Source: Eledone cirrhosa
Taxonomy: Eukaryota
Assembly: GCA_964016885.1 (NCBI GenBank)
Contig: OZ024744.1
Span: 96,782,001-96,846,000 of the forward strand
Direction: 5' to 3'
Length of the DNA: 64,000 bases
Of this stretch, positions 1 to 13,390 are shown one piece after another. Numbering within the stretch: the first letter of the stretch is position 1; every line of letters starts with the position of its first letter. Below the pieces are notes generated by a model. That model did not search any database, had not been told where the DNA came from, and saw only the letters and a list, made by a program, of their open reading frames with translations. The position numbers and the translations under genes are program-made.

Positions 1-715
1 AAACTGAATTTAGAGATCCACAGACATGGAACTGGTTGAAAAGAGGAGACCTTAAAAAGGCTACAGAAGGAATGTTAATGGCTGCGCAGGAGCAGGCCCT
101 CAAAACGAAGTGGTTGAAACACCACATTTACAAGGAGGAGGCTAGCCCACTGTGCAGGATCTGTGGAGAGAGAGAGGAGACTGTGGCTCACATTGTATCC
201 GAGTGTAAACACCTAGCCCAGACTCACTATAAGGGCTGGAGACATGATGTGATGGGCAGGGTGATCCACTGGCACCTATGCAAAGTAAACAATTTACCAC
301 ATTCTGAGAAGTGGTATGAGCATAAGCCAGAGGTGGTGATAGAAAACGATCAGGTGAAGGTGCTGTGGGATTTTAGGATACAGACGGACAAGAAACTGGA
401 ACACAATAGACCTGACCTGGTGGTTTTGGACAAAGAAAAAAGATCGTGCCTGATTGTAGATGTAGCCTGCCCATTCGACACGAGGGTGCAAGAGAAGGAG
501 AGGGAGAAAATTAACTGATACCAGGACTTAAAGTGGGAGGTAAAAAGGATTTGGAACTGCCATGAAGTCAAAGTGATCCCGATTGTCATAGGCGCACTAG
601 GGACTATCTCAAAAAATTTCCAGGGATGGTTAAAGAAAATTGGCCCCTTCACGCTTTTTGGAACGCTTCAAAAGGCATGCTTGCTGGGAACAGCAAGAAC
701 CCTCCGATACGTCCA
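1..715 (+). mobile_element. 3' part of R4/Dong-type non-LTR retrotransposon ORF (CCHC knuckle + restriction-like endonuclease), decayed
   Basis: The frame reads CRICGEREETVAHIVSEC, RHD, WYEHKP, LWDFRIQTD, RPDLVV..D and KIN*YQDL..IPIVIGALG..LQKACLLGTAR. There is an in-frame TGA at 516-518, and the frame runs into (GAA)n. Confidence 0.9.
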
Positions 716-821
716 GAAGAAGAAGAAGAAGAAGAAGAAGAAGAAGAAGAAGAAGAAGAAGAAGAAGAAGAAGAAGAAGAAGAAGAAGAAGAAGAAGAAG
801 AAGAAGAAGAAGAAGAAGAAG
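715..821 (+). repeat. (GAA)n microsatellite
   Basis: Pure triplet run abutting the LINE 3' end. Confidence 0.98.
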
Positions 822-1235
822 GCGGCAGCGGCGGCGGCGGCAAAGAATATTTATTAGTACAAATTAAAAGTTTAAGCTAAAAGTTACTGCGTGCACCTCT
901 GGCAGGCCCGACTGGCGGCACTTCAAAGGCTGTAGAGTTTATCTCGAACTGGCAAAGCTCCTCGGCAGCACAGTCAGGCCTGGGATTGCTAGAAGTTATC
1001 CATGCACCCTGAACCTAAAGTTCTCTGGAAAAGAGTGGCTAGTTGATTTTCCTCAATGACCAGAGTCTCCAACAAGGTCGTCATCTCTCTTACCGACCAT
1101 TAACCCTTTATATATATGGTGCATGTGCGCGTATGTACGTTTGTGTGTGTATGAGTGTAAATGCGTGTGTGTATATGTAGTAAACCAAAGTTAGACAGAC
1201 GAGTAGCGTGTGAGCTGTAATGTGATAAATCTGTT

Positions 1236-1420
1236 ACTACTTTTGGTACAAGGCCAGCAATTATCCCAGTGCATCACTGGTACTTTATTTTATCGACCCT
1301 GTAAAGATGAAAGACAAATTTAACCTCGGCGGGATTTGAACTCAGAATGGCAAGGGCCGTAACTCTAGGCGTCAAAGCATGGCGTCTGACCCTCTACCGA
1401 TACTGCCAATCCACCACCGC
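1236..1420 (-). mobile_element. tRNA-derived SINE family A (Meta-domain-like)
   Basis: Reverse complement of tggcagtatcggtagag...gagttcaaatcccgccgaggttaa..tttcatc..ggggtcgataaaataaagtaccag. Other copies lie near 3345, 12490, 26650, 27780, 27965, 30825-31755, 34870, 35190, 37880-38185, 40675, 41325-41690, 44258 and 45895-46215. Confidence 0.85.
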
Positions 1421-1736
1421 TCGCCAATCCACCGCCCCTTACCAATCCAAATCAAATGCATGGTTGACAGAATATCGGGACAGGCAGAAAGAAAAGGGAT
1501 TGTGATAACAGACGAGATTTTACTATGGAACATGTACCTGTCTTCAAAGTCTAGTGACGGATGTTCAATGTTGGTATCACAATCCTTTTGTTCTTGCCAT
1601 TTCCTAGATTCTGCCTACTGACAAAACCGCGAGCTTAGAGGAGTCAACTGAGGATTAGAATTTCCCTTGTTTTTGTTATATGCATCACACTCCTCATTTA
1701 GTTATTGATTAGGCGAAACCCGCTAACGAAGCCACA

Positions 1737-1862
1737 TCCTAACCCAACTCCTAACCCAAACCCTAACCCAAACCCTAACCCAAATCCTAACCCAAACCCT
1801 AACCCAAACCCTAACCCAAACCCTAACCCAAATCCTAACCCAAACCCTAACCCAAACCCAAC
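1737..1862. repeat. Telomere-like 12-mer array (CCTAACCCAAAC)n, alternating TTAGGG/TTTGGG on the minus strand
   Basis: About 10 direct copies read from the sequence. Confidence 0.9.
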
Positions 1863-2889
1863 ACTAACACTATTTGTATTTACTAGTACCGGTAAAATAA
1901 ACTTAAGACGCATGTTTGTCTATTTTACCGGGACCGGCAAAGTAGCCTATTCGAAATATTTTTGTAACACTAAAGCGTGTTATTTTGTAGCTCAAGACCC
2001 AATATTTGTGAAAAATATAATCGTTTTGTGTCAAATTTCAGATTGTATATTCTAAATATAGTCATAACCTTATTTTTTATTAGTTTTTCTGTCTCGTCTT
2101 AATTCAATTAGCTTTTAGTTGGATTTATGATAACTATAGCTTATAACTGAAAACCATAACAACTAGAATATTGATGCCTATACCTTACTTTTAGCCATTA
2201 TCTCTGTTTCAAATATTAATGAAATGCATCGGTAATATTCCTTCCTAATCCTTTTTTTTTTTATTTGTGTGTTGTACTCTGTCTACTTCATTAATTCCTA
2301 AATATGTACGTGTACGTCTGTGTTCAGTCTAATTCTATTACCTCTTTCTTTCTATGATATTTGTCTTCCTAATTACTTTTCCTCTCCTTTTGGTTGTGTG
2401 CAGGAATAGCTGTAGGAGGAACATTTTCTCTTTGCTATTAACGAGTTCGAAGCCACTATGTGGCACTTTGGTCAACTTTCTTTTACCTCAGCCACGTATT
2501 CACAGAAGATTCGTGAGTGAAATTTAGTTAAATGAAATTGTGTAGGAGCCCGCCATAGAGACCATTCCTCTTCTTTGATGGTAGATTTAATCCGTCATCC
2601 GGTTTAACACCACCAGCTGGTCCTTGTGTACCTTTAGCGGAGTCCAACCTATTTAAAATATTTGAAACAGTTATTCCGCCTAATGGTACTTACTTCCCTT
2701 TCTCTCAGTACTCTTGAAGAAGGCAAAACAAATGGTCGCGAGTTCATGGGAGTTACCTTTCTTTGTGTAACTATACGATTAAAAATTAAAATAATACACC
2801 ATTTATAAGTATACATAAGTCGGTCTTTGATGTACTTTCCTCCCTTCAAGTCTGAGTTTTCATATTTTCCTTACCCGTATCTCTTATTC

Positions 2890-3085
2890 CTTCTACTGAA
2901 TCCATGTACTGTCAATTGCAGTATTTCTATTTGTTTATTACATGCTAGGTACAACTAGAGGTCATCCATATACAAAAGATCGTTGATTGTTGATTGTTCT
3001 TCATAGAATGTGTATATGAATCTAGTTTGGTTTAACATGTTTGTTAAAGGTGATAAGACCAGGCAAAAGCATAAAGAAAGAAAGA
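2890..3085 (-). pseudogene. Degraded reverse transcriptase fragment of an R4/Dong-type LINE
   Basis: The minus frame reads LSPLTNMLN..INDLLYMDDL*LYLACNKQIEILQLTVHGFS, matching the RT catalytic motif context HLLYMDDLKLYA. Confidence 0.7.
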
Positions 3086-3861
3086 CAGCCTCATTGTAAA
3101 AGACATCTTCTAATTGAGATAGGGTATCGTTAAAATTGTTTTTTGCATCCTTTATTAATAAATTTATGCATTTACCTACAAATTTATACATGATATGTAC
3201 TTGTTTGTGTTAGAAACTCTCAAACTTATTGTTTTTTTACGATTTCTATTTCTTTTATTTTATTACATTGGTGTTTGAATGTCTTGACTTAATATTAACT
3301 TTTAACATTAGTTGAGGGCTTAATAGGGCGGTGAATTGGCAGAATCATTAGAGCGGCGGGTAAAATGCTATGCGGCATTTCGTTATGGCTCTTTACGTTC
3401 TGATTTCAAATCCGGTCGAAGTCACCTTAGCATTTCACCTTTATGAAATCAATGAAATATAATACCAATTGGGGCTGATATTGTCGACTACCCCAATTGT
3501 CCAAATTGCAGGCCTTGTGCCTAAAATTAGAAACAACCGTTATAGGATGTAATTCAACATTTGTTAAATATATATATCTAATGATTTATTGTTTAGTGGT
3601 ATCGTCGCTAGGTTTTCTTTAATATTACGTAGTTTCTTTTGTGGACGAAGTGAAGCGAAATGGTTAAGAATTTCGCTTCGCAGTTATTACGACCCTGTAT
3701 GGCATACAGGGCAAATGTCATTTACCATAGCCATGGGTCAATCCATGCCTTCTGAGTGAAAGTGTCTTGACAGAAACTGTTTGGAAGTCCATCAGATGGA
3801 TACGTTGAATATAATACCCTAAAAATCATTGATCTGGAGACCTAAATATGAAATGTTACGC

Positions 3862-4700
3862 GATAGGGCTCCGCCCCCTGCCCCCACAGACCCGGCAAAC
3901 AGAATGGAGAAGGCGTTCCCGCGGATGACGGCAAGGGAGACGCGCCAGTCCAACTTGCGGGGTTCACACCTGCGGCTAGCCAGCTCAGCGCCTATGGTGG
4001 TGAGTAGGGAGGTAGCCCTGGGGGCCGAGGACACCAGAAGTCTCCACTGCCAGGGGTACAACCGGTCGGAGAGCGACCGGTATTTGAGGAGCTTGGCCTC
4101 CTCAGCCCGACGTGCAACAGAACCTGGGTTAGTGGCGGACTGCAGAAAGTGTCGGTGCAAGTAGCATCCCAGACGAGGGGTTTGCCACCGCGGAACGGGA
4201 AGATGGTCATGCCATCTGGCCTTTTGCCGTCCCCTCGGTCCAGCCCCACCGGCTCGAGCTGTGAAGCGAAGCCCGCAGCGTCCAAACCATGCTTTATGAC
4301 CTCGTTGAGGGCAGCATGGCGTGGAAGGCGGCTGGCACTGTGGTGACAGGAAAGCAGGTGGAGGCCGAAAGAGTCCACGGCCGTAGGAGTCGACGCAGCG
4401 ACATTGGCGTGGCTAGCAGATCCGGAGGTCGAGCCTCAAGGAAACGCCGATGCGCAGGCTATTGTTGTCTAGCTGCGTGCCAGTGGAGAAGGAGGGCAGG
4501 GCATGTTGCCAAGCACCACTGTGGGGTTTGGAGGTCGCACGAAAGCAGGCAAGGCGGTGCTGGTCGAGCTGGCGCTTGAGCCTGTCTGAGACCAGGCTGC
4601 ACTGGATGGCATCCCAAGTGCTTTGGGGGGGGGACTTGACGTCAACAGGGGGAGAAGGAGGAGCGACGTCTACTGGGCTAAGTCTCACAGGCGGCTGATT
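3862..4700 (-). mobile_element. 3' part of CRE-type non-LTR retrotransposon (REL endonuclease), frameshifted
   Basis: GC-rich island encoding [62 protein letters not shown] and RVSLAVIRGNA across three frames. Confidence 0.85.
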
Positions 4701-5406
4701 GTATCTGTAATTCAAAGAACCCGTCATATTCAAAGACACTGTCATAAGCTGAATTTTACCTGAGATTTACATTACGTTTCAGGGTGTGAAGAGGGGAATT
4801 CTCAAGAAATTGCACATTAGTTTCACGTGTGAGCTGTTCCATTCATTGAGCGAACGACCGGAATAGTCAACGTCGAAATCGGCAGAGATCCATTCTAAAT
4901 TTTCCTGAAGAATTTGCTCTATTTATAGTCGACCGTCGAAGTTATTAATTTCTATTTTCGCTTGATTTAATATCCGATAAGATATTTGATATTTTCCTAC
5001 TATGTAAGAATAATTTCTGTTCAAATGGTTTATTCTGTTTCTCAATAAAACAGTTTGCACCAATTCTTGTATTTGTTGTTCCAACAGTTGTTTTACTGTC
5101 TCATACATATGGGTTGAAGTCTGTGTTGTAATTCTTAGATATTTACCACTTTGCCACTTGTTTTTTATGTTTTATATGTGGGTTTTGTGAGTTCTTTCTT
5201 ATTCATTTGGATTTTAGTTTTTGTCGATATCATATTCCAGTATGTTAACATATGATAACATCAGCAACATGCAAATGTAGGTTAGTGCAAAAATTGGACC
5301 ATCTTAGTAATCTAAGATCTAAAACCAAGATCAAAGCAAATATTCCATCCAAAATCCTGTCATCTGTACGAAATGCAACTTGATGTACTAAATGCAGCTT
5401 GATAAC

Positions 5407-5497
<91 letters not shown>

Positions 5498-5549
5498 TAT
5501 TGAGTACTCTGGTGCGTTATGATCCACCTGGTTCCTTACCACAATTCCC

Positions 5550-5639
<90 letters not shown>

Positions 5640-5644
<5 letters not shown>

Positions 5645-6034
5645 ATAAATAAGAGAGACGGTTTTATTCGAACATCTTCATTTTATTACATAATTCCATT
5701 ACACGTATTTCAAAGACACCAGAGTAGTTATATAATAACCACCACGAAAAACCAGTAACATATCGATGGATAGGAAAATACATCTTACGCCATCTGATGA
5801 AAACATGTCAGGGGATACATATGACTGCTCTGGCATCTTTGAAATACGTATAATGGAATTATGTAATATAATGAAGATGTACGAATAAAACCGTCTCTCT
5901 TATTTATTATATTAAAACTCCGGTGGATATCTTACAGTGAAAATCCTACGGAATACAAATTGTTGAGTGCTTTAAGTCTATTTACAAAAAAGATCGGTAG
6001 ATTATTTGATCAACCAACTATCAACTGAATAATG
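5640..6034 (+). mobile_element. Penelope-like fold-back element with hammerhead ribozyme (HHR 5790-5856)
   Basis: Inverted arms at ~5640-5730 and ~5821-5910. Motif: ccat-CTGATGA-long stem II-GAAA-tacgta-TA-atgg, followed by AATAAA and a tail, flanked by (TA)n. Confidence 0.8.
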
Positions 6035-6212
6035 TATATATATATATATATATATTTATATAAAATTGAAAAAGTGGATAATACCATGGTCAAATAACAT
6101 GCATTTTAAACTTTGCTTCACGACATCTTCTACATAGGGATTACATTGAGTTCTTCATACGGCTTGGCCCTACCATTAATTGGTGGATTTATCTGTGTAA
6201 ATATATATATAT

Positions 6213-6458
6213 ATTTCGTTTCTGAATTTGTTTAGCAAGATTCTTTATCTGAAATCGTGTGTTGAAACCGATATTGTTATACTTTGGGAGGGTATATATA
6301 AACAACTATCTGGTTGTGGAACCAACCAACCAACCAGAAATTTATAAGTTTGTAGATTTGTAAATTTATAAATTTATAAATATATAATAAATTGAAGTGA
6401 AAGCAACTGGTGCGTGTGTTTCTTATTGGCAACATAACCCTCCCAAAGTATAACAATA
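6213..6458. mobile_element. Penelope-like element fragment with inverted ends attgttatactttgggaggg...ccctcccaaagtataacaat
   Basis: Same family occurs at 22120-22460, 26213-26325 and 59729-60220, and the last copy carries an HHR. Confidence 0.65.
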
Positions 6459-6665
6459 TATATACATATATATATGTTATTCTTGACTTTTTCAATTTTA
6501 TTACTCCAAGATAAACTTAGATAGGAATACAAGTGAAATCATAAACTCGTCATCTACGTAAACCTCTTGTTCAGTCAAACAACGCCGTACGCTAAAACTA
6601 TCCATAATAAGAAGTATTCACAACCTCTAACTGGATTAGCTATAACGATATTTTGTTATCCTTTA

Positions 6666-6725
<60 letters not shown>

Positions 6726-6806
6726 ATAATAATAAAATTGAAGACTAAAATCCAAAGAGGGCTCGATAAGGAAAATATATATCAAATATATAAGAACCGT
6801 AGAGCA

Positions 6807-7009
6807 AATATTTATTAAAATAACAGATTAAAGTTTAAGCAAAGAATCGCTGCTTTCACCCTTAACGGGATCTTCTGAAACTAACAAAGTCAATCTGTAA
6901 ACGCAGAACTGGATATTTCAAAAAACGTTGCAACCGGAGGAAGACAGGAAGACGATACTTTGGTTCGTGGTACAGCGATTCTTTGCTTAAACTTTAATCT
7001 GTTATTTTA

Positions 7010-7017
<8 letters not shown>
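6807..7017. repeat. Fold-back element with ~45-bp inverted arms
   Basis: atatttattaaaataacagattaaagtttaagcaaagaatcgctg and its reverse complement at 6973-7017. Relatives at 40261 and 52278. Confidence 0.8.
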
Positions 7018-7053
<36 letters not shown>

Positions 7054-7741
7054 GTATATGAGGAAAATGGTGTTTACAAAAATAATGACTTCACTGGTGG
7101 TTTGTATGTTTCAATTGCCCATTTTTGTTATTAGGTTATTGTTATTAGGCTTTGTAAGTATTTGTGAGTCCATGTTAACTTGAGTGGGTAACGCTCTCAC
7201 ATTCGGCGGCGATTGTGAAAGCGGTCCATTCACTCTAGTATTATGGTGATATGTATATATATATATACATATATTGTTATACTTGGGGAGGGTCATATTG
7301 TTGTAATATTGCCGGAAATAATAACAGAATCACACTCACTGTTTGGTTGGTTTTCGCTTCTGTATCTTTTATATCTCCATAGTTAATTTATTTGGCAATC
7401 AATGTTTATCATTGATTGTCCAGCAGTTAAAAATACAGATATAAATATATATATATAGTCTATCAAAGTTCTTTCGTTGCACATCTGCAACATCATCAAT
7501 GGTACTAATATGTTCCCTCCTATTGTATTGTATTGTATGTCTACACCATTGAATAAGTAACCTTTTAAGAACAAGGTTGAGATTAGCCAATAGTAAAAAT
7601 AGGAAGGGGCAATATAGATCATTGAGCTGGTAGTAGTAGATGACTATATTGCCCCTTCCTATTTTTACTATTGGTCAATCTCAACCTTGTTCTTAAATGG
7701 TTACTTATTCATACATGTTTTTATATTCTTCAATAAACAAT

Positions 7742-7888
7742 AAACTCATTATTTCTGAAGACGGCGGGTAGGGAAGACGTATGTATATTTTCATACTTTG
7801 ATAATTTGTAATATATTTTACATAGATCTCTAATAGAATGAACATACGGAGAACTACCCTCCAGAAACGATCGTAAAATAATGAGTTT
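7742..7888 (+). ncRNA. Type I hammerhead ribozyme with ~100-nt extended stem II
   Basis: 13-bp stem I (aaactcattattt/aaataatgagttt), CTGAAGA at 7755-7761, GAAA at 7864-7867, palindromic stem III cgatcg, then TA. A 67-bp-arm palindrome at 7551-7710 precedes it. Confidence 0.85.
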
Positions 7889-8069
7889 TACTATGAATTA
7901 CCCGTATTTTGTTTAATTTCATTGTTTTCACTATTTGTATTATATATATATTTATTTATCTATCTATATTTCCCTTAAGTCAGTGTTTTTAAGTATGTCT
8001 TTTAGTATTCTATCTTTGTTCAGATATATATATACATATACATATATACATACACACACATACAAACAT

Positions 8070-8203
<134 letters not shown>

Positions 8204-8351
8204 AAACAAAGTGTGGTAAGAAATCAGATAGATAGATAGATATAGATAGATAGAGAGAGAGAGATAGAGAAAGGGGAAGAGAGAGAGAGAGAGAGAGAGA
8301 TAGAGAGAGAGAGATAGAGGGAGAGAGTGAGAGGGAGAGATAGATAGATAG

Positions 8352-8872
<521 letters not shown>

Positions 8873-8908
8873 GAGAGATAGATAGATAGCGAGAGAGATA
8901 GAGAGAGG

Positions 8909-8946
<38 letters not shown>

Positions 8947-9012
8947 GAGAGATAGATAGATAGAGATAGATAGAGAGATAGAGAGAGAGAGAGCGATAGA
9001 GAGAGAGATAGA

Positions 9013-9078
<66 letters not shown>

Positions 9079-9206
9079 CTGCAGGTTATAGACGATATTT
9101 TGCTCTGGTCTCCGGCTGGAGACACGTGATGTCTACGCATGAAGCCACTAGTAATATATAGCCCTCGCGTACTCAGTTGTATAATGGCCTAAGTAGTTTA
9201 ATACCG

Positions 9207-9251
<45 letters not shown>

Positions 9252-9367
9252 AAGTTTGTACATATGCTGCAACACTGACTTCGACTCTTTTAAATCTATT
9301 TATACTCTGTACAATAATTCAGAATGTGTGTTTAATTAGAAGGGTCTCTACAACAACTACAACGGTA

Positions 9368-9515
9368 GGCGATGGGGCCCACCCACAGCCCCGGCCGACA
9401 GAATGGAGAAGGCGTTTCCCCCGGGGGACGGCGAGGGAGACGCGCTGGAAGAGCTATTCCAACTCGCGGGGCTCACACCTGCGGCTGGCCAGCTCAGCGC
9501 CTATGGTGGTGAGTA
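9368..9515 (-). mobile_element. CRE-type LINE 3' fragment
   Basis: [20 protein letters not shown] is homologous to 3880-4005. Further fragments at 27270-27415(-), 35640-35705(+), 41060-41280(-) and 50060-50275(+). Confidence 0.8.
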
Positions 9516-9842
9516 AGCCCTTAGTTAAAATAATACTCTGGCCTGCCTGTAGGCAGTTCCACAACAAATAACAGCCAGCCACTTCTGTAGGGCCAGTTAC
9601 CTTGTATCGTTCCAAACACACATTCATCATACCCAAACATATCTCACGCACATTCTCCGCATAAAATATTTCCCCTTGTTGTTTCCATAGAATTAGGGTG
9701 TTCGGTCCAGAACATGTATGAACAGTTTGTATGTTAGATAATGTACAATATGTTTACGAATAAACATTTTAAAGCCTTTAACTATGAATTGTCGATATCA
9801 CATTCATGTATGTTCACATTTCAAGCAATCTACCACACCATG

Positions 9843-9968
<126 letters not shown>

Positions 9969-10149
9969 GGTGTGGATTACTTGGTCGTTTCTTTGGCTGT
10001 GCGGATGATTGTTTAACCATCGTCTCAGTGTGTTTGGCCTTTAACGTATACTGTAGCTCTGATTCATCTGAATCATCGAGCGCTTGCCACACATCTCGGA
10101 AGTTGTTTTTCGTTAATTCCTAAGCCGATATACGATTCTCGCTAATTTA

Positions 10150-10994
<845 letters not shown>

Positions 10995-11063
10995 TGTGTT
11001 TTATAAATTATATTTATCTCTTCATATGTATATATATATATATATATACGCACACACACATAC

Positions 11064-11094
<31 letters not shown>

Positions 11095-11099
11095 CACAT

Positions 11100-11148
<49 letters not shown>

Positions 11149-11203
11149 ATGGCTCCGTTAATTTATCGTGATATATATATAAATACACACACACACACAC
11201 ACG

Positions 11204-11263
<60 letters not shown>

Positions 11264-11317
11264 TGTGTGTGTGTGTGTAATATATATATATCACGATAAA
11301 TTAACGGAGCCATAGAC

Positions 11318-11396
<79 letters not shown>

Positions 11397-11431
11397 GTAT
11401 GTGTGTGTGCGTGTATATATATAAATACATA

Positions 11432-11468
<37 letters not shown>

Positions 11469-11504
11469 GAAGAGATAAATATTTATTTATAAAACAAATC
11501 TGTA

Positions 11505-11566
11505 TTTTATCTGATGAAAGCGCACCATAATTTGCCTTGGTTGCTCTTGAAATATGTATAATAAAA
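11505..11566 (+). ncRNA. Type I hammerhead ribozyme (same family as 10740)
   Basis: ttttat CTGATGA ... GAAA tatgta TA ataaaa. Confidence 0.8.
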
Positions 11567-11604
11567 TAAATATGGTTTTATGAATATAGTTTCCATTTAT
11601 TAAC

Positions 11605-11667
<63 letters not shown>

Positions 11668-11715
11668 TAAATCATGTCTATAGAATTATTAGATAAATAA
11701 AATATATATCATTTC

Positions 11716-11773
<58 letters not shown>

Positions 11774-12435
11774 ACACATTTATGTATATATATAAACGTT
11801 TGTAGTTGTAAGGCCAAGACAATGCAGGTATGGATATAGAATATAAATGCAAATGCAAATGCAAAAGATATTGTTGACAATTAGTCTTTTACCTTAAATT
11901 TATTTAAATATCCTTAATTTTCGAGATAATATCTCTTCTTCGGAGGGAAGTAAAGTGGTTAAACCACCTTTACTTCCCTCCGATTCTAAATAGCTTGCCA
12001 AGTCATGCTGACAGGAAATTTTATAGAGATTCCATTCTATCTCTAATGTCAAAGAGTGAAGGTTAGGTGGATAAAGAGTAGTCTCCATTAAAAGAGGTTT
12101 TGTACATGTATGTTTAAGTGTGTGGGAGAATGTGAAGGCGTAAGTATGCGTGTGTGTGTGTGTATGTGTGTGTGTGTATGTGTGTGAGTGTGAGAAGATG
12201 TCTATACGTAAATGTGGGGGGCTAGATGGTCTATCATGTTAAAACTGGTCTTTGTGTGTGTGAGAGGGAATAAGAGGAGGTGTAAACGTGTGTATGTGTG
12301 TGTGTATGTGTGTGTGAGAGGGAATAAGAGGAGGTGTAAACGTGTGTATGTGTGTGTGTATGTGTGCGTGTGCGTGTGCGTGTGTGTGAGGCGAGTAGGG
12401 GGGATGTAAGTGTGGGGCTAGGTGCTCTATCAAGT

Positions 12436-12471
<36 letters not shown>

Positions 12472-12844
12472 TATATATATATTATATAATTATTTCTACT
12501 TTTGGCACAAGGCCAGCAATTATCCCAGTGCATTACTGGTACTTTATGTTATCGACCCCGTAAGGATGAAAGGCAAAGTTAACCTCGGCGGGATTTGAAC
12601 TCAGGTCATAAAGGGAGGTAACTCTATGCTTCAAAGCATGGCGCCCGACCCTCTACCGATACTGCCAATCCACCACCCTATATATATATATAATATTCAA
12701 TAAATACATACTTGTATGTATTGAAGTGGTATCAGTAGGTCATGTGTTGCATTAACATTACACTCCCCCTCTCTCTCTCCCTCTTTCTCTCTCTCTCTCT
12801 ATCTCTATCTCTATCTATCTATCTATCTATCTATCTATATATAT

Positions 12845-13390
12845 ATCCAGTTGACCACCGAGTCCATTGTCATGATCAAACCGCCACCCTCCTTCAAAAA
12901 CGAAGGAGAGGCGGTTTTCCTTTGTGTGATAGCTATGGCGAAAGAGGTTGTATGGTGGACAGGTTGAAAGGGCTGAGGTCAGACACCTTTCTCTCCGGCC
13001 ATCAACTGATTCTTTTTTTCAAATACCACTTTGGAAGAAGAATGAGGATGGAGAGAGAGGTGCTGTACCCCAGCGAGTTTTATGAAAGGTGGGTGAAAGT
13101 GGCGAGAATGGCCCGAGCGAATGGGCCTTCTCTCTATATCAGCCTGTAGGTTGAGGAAAAGGAGGAGGAGAGGAAAGGAGTACAAGCTCTTCGTACTCCT
13201 GGAGATGAGGGTTGCACATTTTTTTTCGGGGGTATGTGTTACCCATATAAACTGTCTCCCTCTATTGGGGAAAATCGACTAACTTTTTAAATTCCATTTG
13301 TGATAACATTTTACACGTTTTTATTGTATGTAAACTTCCCCCTTTGTATTTGTCCCCTTCTTTTGTGCCCCTGTGGCTAATAAAGAAATA
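12845..13390 (+). mobile_element. 3' end of Tx1/L1-clade LINE
   Basis: Encodes AVFLCVIAMAKEVVWW.(frameshift)RLKG...[23 protein letters not shown]. The 3'UTR ends gtggctaataaagaaa. A second copy lies at 13425-13775 and another at 25627-25893. Confidence 0.75.

Noticed and set aside
516-518. In-frame TGA as selenocysteine or readthrough
   Set aside because: It is more simply a nonsense mutation (for example CGA>TGA) in a dead LINE copy, and no SECIS was recognised.
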